This document shows, in pieces, positions 11,215 to 24,217 of a stretch of DNA of 64,000 nucleotides. Each line of letters starts with the position of its first letter. Within the stretch, counting starts at the first letter, position 1. The notes beneath the pieces were generated by a model. The model made no database searches. It had not been told where the DNA came from and was given only the letters and a program-made list of their open reading frames with translations. The DNA comes from Carcharhinus longimanus (Eukaryota). A program made the position numbers and the translations under genes. Where the stretch lies: positions 22,324,920 through 22,388,919 of the forward strand of contig JASCQW010000137.1 in assembly GCA_030264375.1 (NCBI GenBank), read 5' to 3'.

Positions 11215-13435
11215 GCCGAGTGCAAGTACAATTCTAATATTGACAAACCATTCATACAAACTGTTCTGAGATTGTTTTTCCTTTTGGAAGTCTTCTTTGG
11301 AGCCGAGAACTCTTTTAAGAATATGATGCATTTCATAAAAATATTAGCACTTTGTGGTATTTTCAGCAGACTTTTTTTAGCAGTTGATAAGACATCGTTG
11401 GTTGAGAAATTCATTTAACCCCTATCTTTATAGGATGTAGTCCTTGGGCACAAAGGAAAGTTAGATATAATTTTTAAAAAATCTGTCTCTGGAGGAAACG
11501 TCTTTTGAATTTTGGGAAAAAAAGGATACTGCCTTTGCACCTACCAAGGCATGGATATCTCTCCCATGGATCTCTAAACATCTCTGATATATTCTAATGC
11601 TAGGAAACCTGTTTAATATTTATTCTATTTGCAGGGAAATGAGACACGTCGGATAGATGGAGAACTACCGTAGCTTCCTTTTTGACTTCCCACTTACCTG
11701 ATGGTCAATTCTATACTGCAAGAATGATACATGATAGCACTCGCCTTGTGCTGATGTCTAGATTCATTGATTGGAGGTGCACCATTATTAATCTCAGATT
11801 TGGTCAACATTTTTGGATAATCGGAAGCTTTTGGATATGGGCTCAGTCCAGTATCAAATATATTTGGATTTCAACATTGGCATTGTATTCTTATTGGAAA
11901 AAATATTTCTGCATATTCAATTGTTAGGAATTCAAATTCTTTAAATGCACAGGGGAAACATTTACTTTCCACTTTTTACAAGGATACACTTGCTCATGTA
12001 GGGAAATGGCTGTTCCAGGTAAATGTAAAAGCAGTTCTCATTTTGTATCTTATTTTAGGGCTTTTATTATAGGCTTCTGATTTCACATCGAGTGCAGCAA
12101 CATAAGTGCATTTCCCAAATGCACTGATCATTTTACATTGAAAATGATGCATTCGTTCCCGCTGTCCAGAACTGTGACTTTGATCTGGAAGTCACGTTTG
12201 TCGAAGACCTTGGGAACTGTCAGAATTTATCATTTGTATATGAGCCTTATCCATACTGGCAGCTGTGTCAATCCACAAAGAATTGATTTTTTTTATACCG
12301 GTTATTTAAACAATTATTTGTCAGTTCTTAGATTTTGTTGTGTAGCTTTCTCTTGATATATGGGGGGTACATAAGAGTAATATGTTTGCATTACCCATTT
12401 CACCGAGATTACAAATTTCAACCAACTCATGTCAGTTGTAGGGCTAATAAAAACTGTATTATAGTGTTTGTTTTGTTTCATCAGGTTCGTGGAGTTGTAT
12501 CTGAATGGCTGAGCAAGTCAGCTGAATTCTAAGGCAAAGTTTGGGTTCCATCCTTCCTTTTACTGGATCACCAATTACAATTATAGTACAACATTTATGA
12601 CAGTTTAGTAAATCTGTGTGCCATAAATATATATCAAAATTATCCTGAACATACAGCTCAACTGGCTGTGCCTGTAATATATCTCCAGATGCATCCAAAT
12701 GAGATGAGGGAATAAAATTTATGAAATGTGTTTAGATCTTGGTCGGGAATTATTTTGGTGCTTATAGTTACCAAATGCTAAGAGTACTTGCTGGAGCCTG
12801 ACCAATGATCTTGACAACATTCAGTTATGGTTAATAGTATAGGCAAAGAATTGTTTCCAATTAGACACGATATATCATGAAAGAATATTAATTTATAGAA
12901 GTTACCTATTTGATATGATTCCTGATGTACAGTTTCACCTTTTATTTAAAATCTAGCAAGTTGGTGCATCAACATTGGCAAGTGTAATGTGTTCATTATT
13001 CCATTTTATTACATGAAAATGTTCTAATTTGAAATAAATGAATTCAATCACAGCTATTACTTTTGTATGTTCACGTATAGAAAATGTAGAAGCCTAATAA
13101 CATAACAGTTGACTTAGCTATTATCTAATGTTGATCAACAACTATTTAATTTTTGTCTCAGTATCCTTTCCTTGAAGATTGCTACTGTTCCACAATTTTC
13201 AACTCCATTAAGGATACTTCATCCATAAAACCCCCCAAGCTGATCTGCCCAACTGCTACATGAAGGCATTCTCATAAAACCACTATATTGTGGAGTCCAT
13301 GGTGTTTTCTTTGTCTGCATTCAAGAAAAATCACAATCTCACATTGCAAGGGAATATTATAGTTGCATTACACTGCCTTGCAGTTAGATTTTGAGCAGCA
13401 TAAACATCTGCCTTAAGCATAAGACACTTGGACCA

Positions 13436-13705
13436 CATTAAGAACATAAGAACATAAGAAATAGGAGCAGGAGTAGGCCATCTAGCCCTTCGAGCCTGCC
13501 CCGCCATTCANNNNNNNNNNNNNNNNNNNNNNNNNNNNNNNNNNNNNNNNNNNNNNNNNNNNNNNNNNNNNNNNNNNNNNNNNNNNNNNNNNNNNNNNNN
13601 NNNNNNNNNNATTCAATAAGATCATGGCTGATCTGTCGTGGCTCAGTTCCACTTTCCCGCCCTCTCCCCATAACCTTTAATCCCCTCTCTTATCAAGAAC
13701 CCATC
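13436..13705 (-). mobile_element. CR1 LINE 3' end
   Basis: (AACATAAG)n tail and AATAGGAGCAGGAGTAGGCCAT, nearly identical to 7970-8041. Confidence 0.85.
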
Positions 13706-14107
13706 AACCGACTGGTGCGTGAGAACATCCACAGGAAGAACCAAATCAATGCATTGGTTGCACAGGGATATACCCTTGAATCATTGTTTTTCCTGATTAT
13801 TGTCGTAGAGATTCTGGACTGGATTTTGTGTCTCCACTGGAACAGCGAATGGAGACGGTGGGTGCTAAACATAGTGCCACCTGCTAGCATGCCCCATCCA
13901 GCCCCCAGGACATTTTCACCAAGGCAAGATGGAGAATATGGGGAAGGAAGCATTACCTGCCAGCATGCGCAGGAAACTGATAAGAGAAAGTTAAGGCTTA
14001 TAACCAGAGGCTGCTATGGTCTGTTGTTGTCTTTCAATCTTGGATGTTGGTATTAATGAAACTTTAAGCTTGGAAAGATAGAAGCTGATTTTGTTTAATA
14101 ATTGCCA

Positions 14108-14341
14108 TGTTGCCTTGTGCAATAAGTCCGTGGAGCCAGAAGTCCCTTCACCAAAATCCCTTTATCTACAACTCTGACAGCAGTACACAGAGTGCTAGCA
14201 GTTAGCAGTCTACCTCCAGGGTGGTGTCAGAGAACTGACACTCCCTGTCAAGTACAAGGCAAAGACTCTCTGATTGGCCCATCAATTGGATCCTTTTTCA
14301 GAGAGCTCATACTCCAATAGGCGAACTTCAAAGTCCTTACA
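14108..14341. mobile_element. Solo-LTR-like remnant
   Basis: TGT...ACA termini and internal TGATTGG/CCAAT boxes. No TSD recognised. Confidence 0.3.
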
Positions 14342-14868
14342 TCTTGTACAAAAGCAGCACTGGTTTAATTTGGTTCTCTTACACATCACATGACTCTAGT
14401 ACAGCTGTGGAAAATGACCTGCTGGAACAGGTACACGTAACAATTAGTTGCTAGCTAATTCGTTCCTAACTCGTTGTAGATATTTACAGATAATGCAACA
14501 ATAAAAACAAAGATGAACTAGGATTTTCCACAAAGCCTCCAGATTTCTAAGGGTCAGTTTGGCTCCCTGGAGGTGGTTTCCTGGCTCAGGCCTGAAAGAG
14601 ACAGCCCTCCACCCAGGCAGATGGTCCTCCCTGCTACCTGTATGCAGCAACAGCCACATGAGAATATGAAGAAATAGAAAGGAGTAATTGTTAAAACATA
14701 AGCTCAAGAGCGTACAATATAATTAGGAATGAACGTGTGAATTCCATGAATTGTGGTGCCTCACTTGTTGGGTGAAAAAAATACAAATTAATTGAAAATA
14801 AAATGTAAATAAATTACGATGCTTAATTCACAATATGAAGTTTATGTATTGGGTGTAAAAACATATCA

Positions 14869-15080
14869 GGTGGGACTTTCCACCTCCCTTCCCCACAGCG
14901 CCATGTTTTGTGGTGGAGGAGATGGCCTGCCATCAACCAGAAGTGAGATCTTCCAGTACTGCTCTGCCAATAGGGTTTCCTGTTGTTTACACTCTCCACT
15001 GATGAGAAATCTGTGCTGGGGAATCGCCATCAGTTGAATTGGACAATGCCGCCAGCCGGAACAGCAGTAAAATCCCGTAC
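14869..15080. mobile_element. Short Harbinger-like MITE
   Basis: Ends GGTGGGACTTTCC and GTAAAATCCCGTAC. Similar to 45730-45925 and 46275-46420. Confidence 0.45.
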
Positions 15081-15481
15081 AACGTGTAAGATTCTAACAA
15101 AGTTAAGACAGAAGTGTGAGATTTGAAGGTGCTGGGGAAAATCTGACTGATATTTAAGTGTAAAAAGGTCAAGATTTCATCTTAGGTGTGTACAAAAAGA
15201 CAATATTTCAGCTGTAGGATGGCAAGGTATGTCACTCTGTGAACATAATAGAATTATATTGAATCTCTTCGAACAAATATTCTCTGTTCCATGGTTTCTG
15301 ATATCTGTGATTTGATTTCAGAATCTTTTGACCAAGAAGAGTTACTGGAATGAAATGTGTCATCAAGATTGATAGCTTGGTTCTCTTGACTTGTACAGTT
15401 AAGCCAATCTGTTTTAGATTTGGCATTAGCTACTAATTAGTACTGCTACACAAAAAATGAAATAAAAGTTTATAACATTGT

Positions 15482-16403
15482 GGGTGGAAATCTTCCAAGA
15501 AACAGATAAGTGTCATAATGATGAGAATAATGGGGGAGCCCATCTTGGTCTAACAATGGTGCTCTGCATTGCAATCTTCCCACACTCAGTCACTTTTTTC
15601 AGAGAGTTTGGAGTTTTGCACCAAGATTGGGAGTGGGGGTTGTGTGGTGGTGGGGGGGGAGGAGGGGCAAAGGGCAAAGGTGTCTCAATCTTTCAGTGCA
15701 CGGGGATATCCTCTGTTCTCCCACGAACATCCAACTCCACCTTCCCCACCACTCAGCTATCCCCACAGCCACCTCCATTGGCAGCATGTTCCCTCACCCC
15801 AATATGGGTCGCCAGCATTGGGCCCTCCTGACCAGTCCCCCTGCCTGACCCCCAATATGCACTCCCCAACCCCCATTCTTGACCCCAGTTGTGGTCCACC
15901 CCTGCACAACACCTTCTGCATAGCCCCCCTGTCATAACCCCAGTCAGGCCCAATGTCCTTGACATTGCCCCTGCTACTCTTGTGGTGCCCAACTGGCACT
16001 GCTGGAGTGTCTGGTGGCCACTGCTGGAGTGTCCTATGGGCACAACCAGTGGCCATGCCCCTGACTACCCAGAGGCTTCAATGGCCTCTGACCCCACCGG
16101 CATGGCCATTGCATCAAGTCTCCTCTAGTGCAGACTGGTGGTGATTCTCACTGTTTGCACTCAAAGGCCAGAGAATCCCATGCATGAGGAGTCAAATGGG
16201 CTGTGTGCATTTAAATACCATTTTAAATATGCTAATCAACCTGAAGCCTTTTCTGGGTGTGACCCGGTCCCTGCCATTAGAAAGGGGCTAGGTGGATTGC
16301 AAACTGCTTGGCACCGGGCACAAAACCAATATTTAGGTCCATACGCTATTCCTTAGATCGATGTGATCTACGCCTGTTGCAGCGAGGTCAGTGAATCACT
16401 CCC
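15482..16403. mobile_element. GC-rich Harbinger-like non-autonomous element
   Basis: Ends GGGTGGAAATCTT and GTGAATCACTCCC, with a GC-rich low-complexity interior (GGCA/TGCC repeats). Confidence 0.45.
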
Positions 16404-16849
16404 TGTATTGTGGTTAAATGCTGTCCATGAAAGGTGAAAGCCTATCTAATATTTCCACAAATATGAGGAACAGATCACTTGAAGATGTTTGCATAATGTG
16501 TATTAATATATTCACACAAAAAGGTAATTGGAGCAGTATAAATTATTTAATAGGATTTTGCACTGGTGATGCTGTGTTATTATTGATTTCTCACAACTGT
16601 AAAAAGAACCATAACTCTGGATTGAGCTACGGGTAAGTGTTGTATCTAGGGCAATTGAAACCTCTCGTTAGTGAACCCTACAATTTTAAACTTGGATTTT
16701 TATAATATAACTACCGAAATATTCCCTGTCAGGACAGATATCTTGGAAAAATATGACATGAACAATATGTCTGATGAATGTTAATGCTTGCCTGTTACTC
16801 GCAGAATCTAAAAATAGATGGCCATAAACAACATTACTGTGACTAGTAA

Positions 16850-17070
16850 TTGTATTTACATAGAGCTTTTATTATAGAAAACTGTCCCATATTACTTGGC
16901 AGCGAAGCCAAGGAAGGAGATGTGAGGAAAAAAGACTGTCCAAAGGGTAAGTTTTAACAAGGGCTTTAAAGGCTGAAGGTACAGCTGTTAGTGCTGGACT
17001 GAAAGGAGCTGATTTTCACAAAAGGCTTAAAGAGCTGGAGGTTCAAGAGATTCAGGAGATTTAGAGTAAA
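16850..17070 (-). mobile_element. L2 3' fragment
   Basis: TTGTATTTACATAGAGCTTTTATTATAGAAAACTGTCCC L2-type tail. Confidence 0.45.
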
Positions 17071-17074
17071 ATTG

Positions 17075-17140
17075 GAGATAATAACAGAAAATGTTAGAAA
17101 TACTCAGCAGTCTGGCAATGTTTGTGGAGAGAGAATTAGT
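17075..17140. mobile_element. Penelope-like terminal repeat fragment (second family)
   Basis: AACAGAAAATGTTAGAAATACTCAGCAGTCTGGCAATGTTTGTGGAGAGAGAA, homologous to 61635-61715. Confidence 0.5.
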
Positions 17141-18061
17141 GCCAGCAGCCTCACCAAGTGGACTGGCACTCAATGTTATAAGAAGATGAAGCATCTCACT
17201 ATCAGCTCCATATCTGCCACTTCACAATCTCCCAGCATCTTCGTCAGAACCCCCCAACAATCCCTGTCAAAACCCCTTTCTGGCTAGGTGCAGTGCCCAC
17301 ACATACCACCTGCATCTGAAGTTGCTTCCTCCCCCCGCTCTCCGCAATTCAAAAGAGCACCCTGGAATTGTGAGACTGATTTGTCANNNNNNNNNNNNNN
17401 NNNNNNNNNNNNNNNNNNNNNNNNNNNNNNNNNNNNNNNNNNNNNNNNNNNNNNNNNNNNNNNNNNNNNNNNNNNNNNNNNNNNNNNNNNNNNNNNNNNN
17501 NNNNNNNNNNNNNNNNNNNNNNNNNNNNNNNNNNNNNNNNNNNNNNNNNNNNNNNNNNNNNNNNNNNNNNNNNNNNNNNNNNNNNNNNNNNNNNNNNNNN
17601 NNNNNNNNNNNNNNNNNNNNNNNNNNNNNNNNNNNNNNNNNNNNNNNNNNNNNNNNNNNNNNNNNNNNNNNNNNNNNNNNNNNNNNNNNNNNNNNNNNNN
17701 NNNNNNNNNNNNNNNNNNNNNNNNNNNNNNNNNNNNNNNNNNNNNNNNNNNNNNNNNNNNNNNNNNNNNNNNNNNNNNNNNNNNNNNNNNNNNNNNNNNN
17801 NNNNNNNNNNNNNNNNNNNNNNNNNNNNNNNNNNNNNNNNNNNNNNNNNNNNNNNNNNNNNNNNNNNNNNNNNNNNNNNNNNNNNNNNNNNNNNNNNNNN
17901 NNNNNNNNNNNNNNNNNNNNNNNNNNNNNNNNNNNNNNNNNNNNNNNNNNNNNNNNNNNNNNNNNNNNNNNNNNNNNNNNNNNNNNNNNNNNNNNNNNNN
18001 NNNNNNNNNNNNNNNNNNNNNNNNNNNNNNNNNNNNNNNNNNNNNNNNNNNNNNNNNNNNN

Positions 18062-19020
18062 ATAATGCAGAGACATGCACATCAATGGCATGTCAGTGGA
18101 CAGGCCTCTGGGTAACTATTTGAAGTGCACCATACATCTTCCACACCTCCTGATGCGCATCAGGTGGGGACTGGAATTTCCAAGGGAGCGGGCAGTCAGA
18201 GGTCTGCTGGATTCCAGAACGCAGCTGAACCCGAGCCAGATGCTGGGCCTCTGGAAAATTTTCAGCACTGCTGGAAATGCACTGGCCAAGGGATTTACAG
18301 GAGTGGTATTAGCAACATTCCAGCAACTGCAAAGTCAACTGGAGGAGTTCAGATGCTTTCAGTCATGAGAGATGGTGTTGGCATTGCATGGCACCCAGGC
18401 TAACACTGCAAGAGAGGCATCCACCCTTGATTTAATGCCCCCCCCAACCTTCCCAGAGTCCTTGGTCCCTACCTTCCTCCAACTCTTGCCCCTTCCCTTA
18501 AAACTGTCTCCCCACCACCTCCTCCTCCCCCCCCCCCCAATGACACATGCTCTCTCTTATGCCCCCTCCAATAATATCATACAAGGGCGATATGCCCGGA
18601 TTGGCAGTGTCTCAAGACAGGATGACAATTTGTTGTGAAAGAAGTTGCGGTGCTCTTCACATTTTGTTGAAGTCAATGTAGGACCTCTGACTACAAGAAT
18701 CCATGACATCGTTACCCCCCGCACCCCCCAACCACCCTTCCCACCAGCCCATTAGCTTGACTGTCCAGCCTTGACTATATGAGTGACATACAGCCACCCT
18801 CTTGGGCTGGAAAGCTTCAAGCTTTACACTCCCTCCCGCCCAGATCCCGCAGGCCAGTGACAGCATCAAGGTGGTTTGGCTCATCACTGTGGCGCTCATG
18901 CAGAGATTTCTTGAGACTCTGAAGGAATCCTCATTGTGGGACCCTTGAGCCTTTTTGCCTGAGCTGCAGCAGATACTTTTGTGGTGGAGATGTAACAGTT
19001 TTCCAGGCATGGGACTCTTT
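18062..19020. mobile_element. Degraded Harbinger-like element interior
   Basis: GC-rich block of decayed coding-like composition, with weak similarity to Harbinger ORFs only. Confidence 0.3.
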
Positions 19021-19258
19021 CAGAAGAAGTTGAATTGAGGTCACTGCCAAACAATTGATGTCATTTAAAGATTTCTGCCATTTTATGAAGCTTGGCAGAA
19101 TGAAAAAAAATAAAGTAGTGAGAGAAACATGCGGTTTTGTAAAGCTTATTGATTTTTGTCAGAAGCTTTGCTGGCAAGGGAAAAAAAGCCTGTTAAAAAG
19201 AAAGTAATATTAGAAAGTATATTGGCTTTCTAGGAAGATTCAGAGACCTGAAAAAAAT

Positions 19259-19549
19259 GTGGCAGTAGTTAGCACTGTTGCCTCTTAGCGCCAAGAAGCT
19301 GGGTTCGATTCTGGCTTGGGTCACTATCTGTGTGAAGTTTGCACATACTCCCCGTGTTTGCATGGGTTTCCTCCAACAGTCCAAAGATGTGTGGGTCAGG
19401 TGGATTAGCTATGCTTAATTGCCCCTTAGTGTCAGGGGGACCAGCTTGGGTAAATGAATGGAGTTATGGGGATAGGACTGGGATGGGAATGTGGCCGATG
19501 CAGACTCGATGGGCCAAAAAGCCTCTTTCTGCACTGCGTGATTCAATAG
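19259..19549 (+). mobile_element. HE1-type V-SINE
   Basis: GTTAGCACTGTTGCCTC, B box GGGTTCGATTC, V-domain and GATGGGCC...GCACTG tail. Confidence 0.9.
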
Positions 19550-21295
19550 AGTTGAAAGAAGGAGCTGGAGAGAAAAGACTAGATTTAATGGAACATGGAC
19601 TGGTTGTATCAACAATGCGATCTGTGAACTCTCCAGGATGTGTCAATCAGCCTTATAAAACTTAATGGAGCAGAAGGTAATTGTATAAACAAACAATAAT
19701 CCCTCTGCTGAAGTAGCACCTCCTGTCAATCAAAGCAGTTCAAAAAGATCAGCTAACAGCTAAGGCTTATGAGAGAAAGCAAGTGGGATCTCCATTTTGA
19801 AATAGATTGCTGCTATTATTACTAACACTTCGAAGAGGTCTGCTAATACCTGGGACTTATGACATCAATGAAGGGCAATCCCTACTTAAGAATGGTCTAC
19901 TGCTGTTATTTAAATGTTCATGGGACATGGATTTTAATGTGACCAGGCAACTTCAAGGCTAATACAGAAAACATACAATTTAACCAGAAAGGTGCCTGAA
20001 ATTACCATCCTGAGATTGAGTTTTCCAAGGCAGCAACCCCGATCCCGGTGAAGAACCATGAGATCAACCCCTCCCTCCATCTCAAGCCCCAGGTCTTTTG
20101 AGGCAACACCCCTCCCCAGCAACTGTACAGCCCATGGACAGCTCTGACAGAAAGTTAAAAGTTGAACGTACCTCCTGGTTCCACCTTGGAGCCCATGTCA
20201 CTGATGAGATTGAAATAGGTGCTCATGAGTTCTGATCAGATTCTTTTCTGGACGAAAACCTGATCTCGACGCGGGAGTGAGACTAGAGACTTGCAACAGG
20301 TTTGATACCTGGCAAGAATCCCATTTTGGTCCTCACACCCAATTAAAAGGGCCACTGGGAATCCCAGCTGGGGTTAATAACCCTGGAGAATCACCCCTAT
20401 ACTTGTTCAATGTCTTAACCAATCAATAATCCAATGCCACATATATACCTTACAACACACTTCCACAAATTGAAATCTTTTCAACAAACAGTCTACACTC
20501 AGTCCTATATTCCAGTGGATTCACCTCTCCCATTTTGCTGAGCCATAACGTCCAGTGATTGTTGAAGTCTTCCCCTCAGTCTCCTGAAAATTTCAGGACT
20601 TACTTTCAGCAGTAAGGCTTAATCCAATGATTCCTCCTCCCAGTCTCACCAGGGTGAATTTTCAAATGTCCTTAAATCGTTGTGTGTTACTTTTTGACAG
20701 TAGACAAACCTTCAAAAGACTGGGAATAATTTCCCCTGTAAGAAGTCTCACAACACCAGCATCTCCACACCACAATAATTTCCCCAGCATTCTTTCTGGG
20801 AACAGATAGGCAAAACAATCTTCCTTTTCCTCAACAAACTACAGCAACTGCTGTTCCTTGTCTGTCTGCCTATCTGTCTCTTTCTTTCTCTCTCTAATTG
20901 TTGCAGTTCAAACTCTCTGAGACTAAAAAGTCTTGCAATAACAAGAACATTTGCTTCTGCCTTTGTTTTCAGGTGTTAAATCTGGCAGCTGCGTTTCAAT
21001 TAAACATGACCTGGGCCCCTATTCTTCATGATTAACAAGCCAGGCAGGCTTGTTATCAGGTAGAACTCATAGCAAATCACATGCCTCTCTTCACTACTCA
21101 ATTTTACCTTTAATTAAAGAGATAATCATCTTATAAAACCTCATATTTATAAATACATCACTATTCATTTGGATTATAATTGTAATCCAATTTTTATTTT
21201 CCAATTAAAAACATCATTTCAGCCTTCAAACTGTGACAACATTGGGTTGCGTAACCAAGATCAGAATAATCTCTTACATTATGGTTACTTTTAAG

Positions 21296-21590
21296 GTGAT
21301 TTGATTTATTATTGTCACATGTATTAGTATAGAGTGAAAAGTGTTGTTCCTTGTGAGCTATATAGACAAAGTATACCGTACATAGAGCAGCACAGGAGAG
21401 AGTACAGAATGCAGTGTTACGGTCATAGCTAGGGTGTAGAGAAAGATCAACTTAATGTGAAGTAGGTCCATTCAAAAGTCTGATGGTAGCAGGGAAGAAG
21501 CAGTTCATAAGTCGATTGGCATGTCTCCTCAAACTTTTGTAACTTTTTCCCAATGGACGAAGGTGGAAGAGAGAATGTCTGGGGTGCATG
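21296..21590 (-). mobile_element. Rex1/Babar LINE 3' end
   Basis: The minus strand encodes HPRHSLFHLRPLGKSYKSLRRHANRLMNCFFPATIRLLN, a typical Rex1 C-terminus, followed by a (GATTT)n tail. Confidence 0.8.
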
Positions 21591-24199
21591 GTAAGCAATG
21601 AATTATAAGTTAGTGTTAATTTGGTTTCAATTTTAACATTGCTTTGCCAATATGTTGAAATCATGAAAATCTTTCTTCCATTGCTGCTTGACCGTAAGCT
21701 GATGTTCAGTCCTTGGGTTGTTGTTAAAGTTCTTCAAATTAGTATATTAAAAAGTACATAACTTTCAGAACTAACATTGCAAGATGACTAATTCTTTTAA
21801 AAGTGTACAACTCTATCTCAAATTTTGACCCCTTGTCTTTTTGAGCCTTTTCCATATAAGTTCTTTATTTATATCTTTTGTCTTGGTCTACGTTATGAAT
21901 ACTATCAATGCTGCACTGCCCCATCTGAACATCTCCAAATACTGAGTTCTATGAATCCATATATACTGTAAAATGTGTTTATTCGACTTTATGACATGTC
22001 AGACCGTTCTTTTGAAGGCCTGTGATGTTCGCCTTTTTGACAGGCTTAAAATCGAATTCAGAAATGAAAAAACAACAGCAGAAACAATAGCTGTCATTTC
22101 CTAATGGCCTAATCAGGACCATGCCAAGAAATGCATTTTCTGTAGATCCAGTAGAACGACAGACTCCCCAGGAGTACCATTCAATCTCCTGAGTGTTCTT
22201 TGACAAGTATATTGCTGACAAGTACAATGTTTCCCATAACCTTGTGAGGGTTGCAGTGGCACTCTTACATCCCATTCAAATGTACTATATATGGCTATTC
22301 TCCATGACCCTCTGAGGATTGTAGAAGGATTAAAGCATCATGCTAACGGGTAACAACATTATGCCGCACATGAACGGAAGACAAAATTAAATTGCAGCTC
22401 CAGCACTTTGCTTTCTTAGGGGTGATGAGTTGATCTTGGTCAGGCCATCGCATGCTTCACAAATGAAGTGAATTTGGATGACATGGGAGGAGACAAATTG
22501 TCAGGGTTTGAACTTGGACTCCACTCAAGCACCTCCTCCTCCTACTCTTTACTGATTTCTCACAAATCAATTAATCTGTACGATGCAATGTTTACCAGTG
22601 CTCCATTGATGTTGTCCAATAATGTATGCAGATCACAACTGGCTGTAACTTATTTTTCAGAAAGCTGCAGGCATTGCAATAATAAAAAGCACATCCTATT
22701 TGTTGATTTCTTAGCTGACGGACATCTTTTATATAAATATGGAAAGGTAAATGTTAAATCAGTGTCACTGCAAAATCATGATGCACTGCATTGAATATAT
22801 TTGAGCAGAGGGTTGTGTAGTTTTTATCTTGTCTTACCATAGCTGAATATGTAATTGTGTTAATAATACATGTGCACCTTGGTAAATACAAAGATTTCAC
22901 AGTGGTTGCAACCAGCAAAAGCACAGCTATTTAACTGAGTTATGTTAATTCAGCTTAAACTGAAGTTAGAAGATATGAGTTTCCTGCTTTGTATTTAGGC
23001 TACCACACAAGTTGCATTTACTGACTAAAGCCATTGATAGTTAGCAGTGGGAACTTCAAAGCATATGTTATTTAATATATTTATTGGCTTTAATACATGT
23101 AGAGTTTCCATTTCTGCTGTTCTGTTCAAATTCTTGAGTTTAAAACACAGAATTCAATTTGACTGTTTTGCTTTATCCACTTGCAATTTTACTTTAAAAG
23201 ATTTATGTATCTGTATCCCTAAATCACTCTTAAATCATTCTCAGTCATACCATTTAATTTATACTTCCTTTCTCTCCTCTTTTCCCAAAATGTGCTCTAG
23301 TCATTCCACTTTCTTCACATTAAACTGCCAGCTCTTACTTATTAGTCCTTCTGAAGCATTCTGCATTCTTGCCTACAGTTTGTGCAAATGAACAAAACTG
23401 AAAATAAATGATTCAACAAGTGAGCAGGCAAAAATATCATTTTGATTTAATCATCTTACCTTGAGACTGGTGAATTAGCATAATTGACAGTGAGCAGAGG
23501 TGATGGAGATTGATTGAACAGCAAATTTAAGTGGATTAGATTGTGGTCAATCTGATCAGGAAACTTCATGTCCTAGGATACTGGTCATATTGTTGTCAGA
23601 TTTCTTGTCAGTTGCTTATCCAGTTCTCTCATAAATTGGGACATGGAATCAGCAATCACTTGGCAGTTCATTCCGTACGTTTTCCACCATAAAGATGTTA
23701 AATCTAAGCTTTCTTTTCTATCTTTCTCTACTATGTTTGCAGCTATATATCATATATTATCTACCTATGCCAAAAACCATTAGATAAATGGAATTTAAAG
23801 AATCCTTAGCATAGTTTTCTGGGGCACATTAATACCCAGATTCTGTTAACTTTAGAAACACTTGCACCCTAATTCTGTATTTTTCTGTCCCTTAACCATC
23901 TTTCTATTCTTGCAGCTAAATTTCCATGAGTTCTATGTACCTTAATTTTCATAACCAGTGTAGTACCTTGTAATGTCTATATATGCGACAAGAATTTCTA
24001 ATAAGTTACCAAATCATGGCTGGGTGTTGTCAGGCACAGCTCCTTGATTGGACCATCCCTTCTGAAATATTCATTAATTTCATCTTGTACTACAGACTCA
24101 GAAATGTTTCCATGCCTTAAGTTAAGACTTTTTAATATGTTGTTCTGAATAGTTATCTTTAGTGGTATCTATTTCATATCAATTTCAAATACTTTCCAC

Positions 24200-24217
24200 T
24201 GTGTGTGTGTGTGTGTG
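24200..24217. repeat. (TG)9 microsatellite
   Basis: Read directly from the sequence. Confidence 0.95.

Noticed and set aside
15478-16356. Dense overlapping ORFs on both strands
   Set aside because: GC-rich low-complexity MITE interior with no recognisable domain. The same applies to 47032-47410 and 49297-49817.
17288-18115. Longest ORFs in the track (235-275 aa)
   Set aside because: They merely run through a long N gap and are artefacts.
20202-20218. CTGATGA..GAAA hammerhead-like core (partial cores also at 16771 and ~43775 minus)
   Set aside because: Stems I-III cannot be formed.
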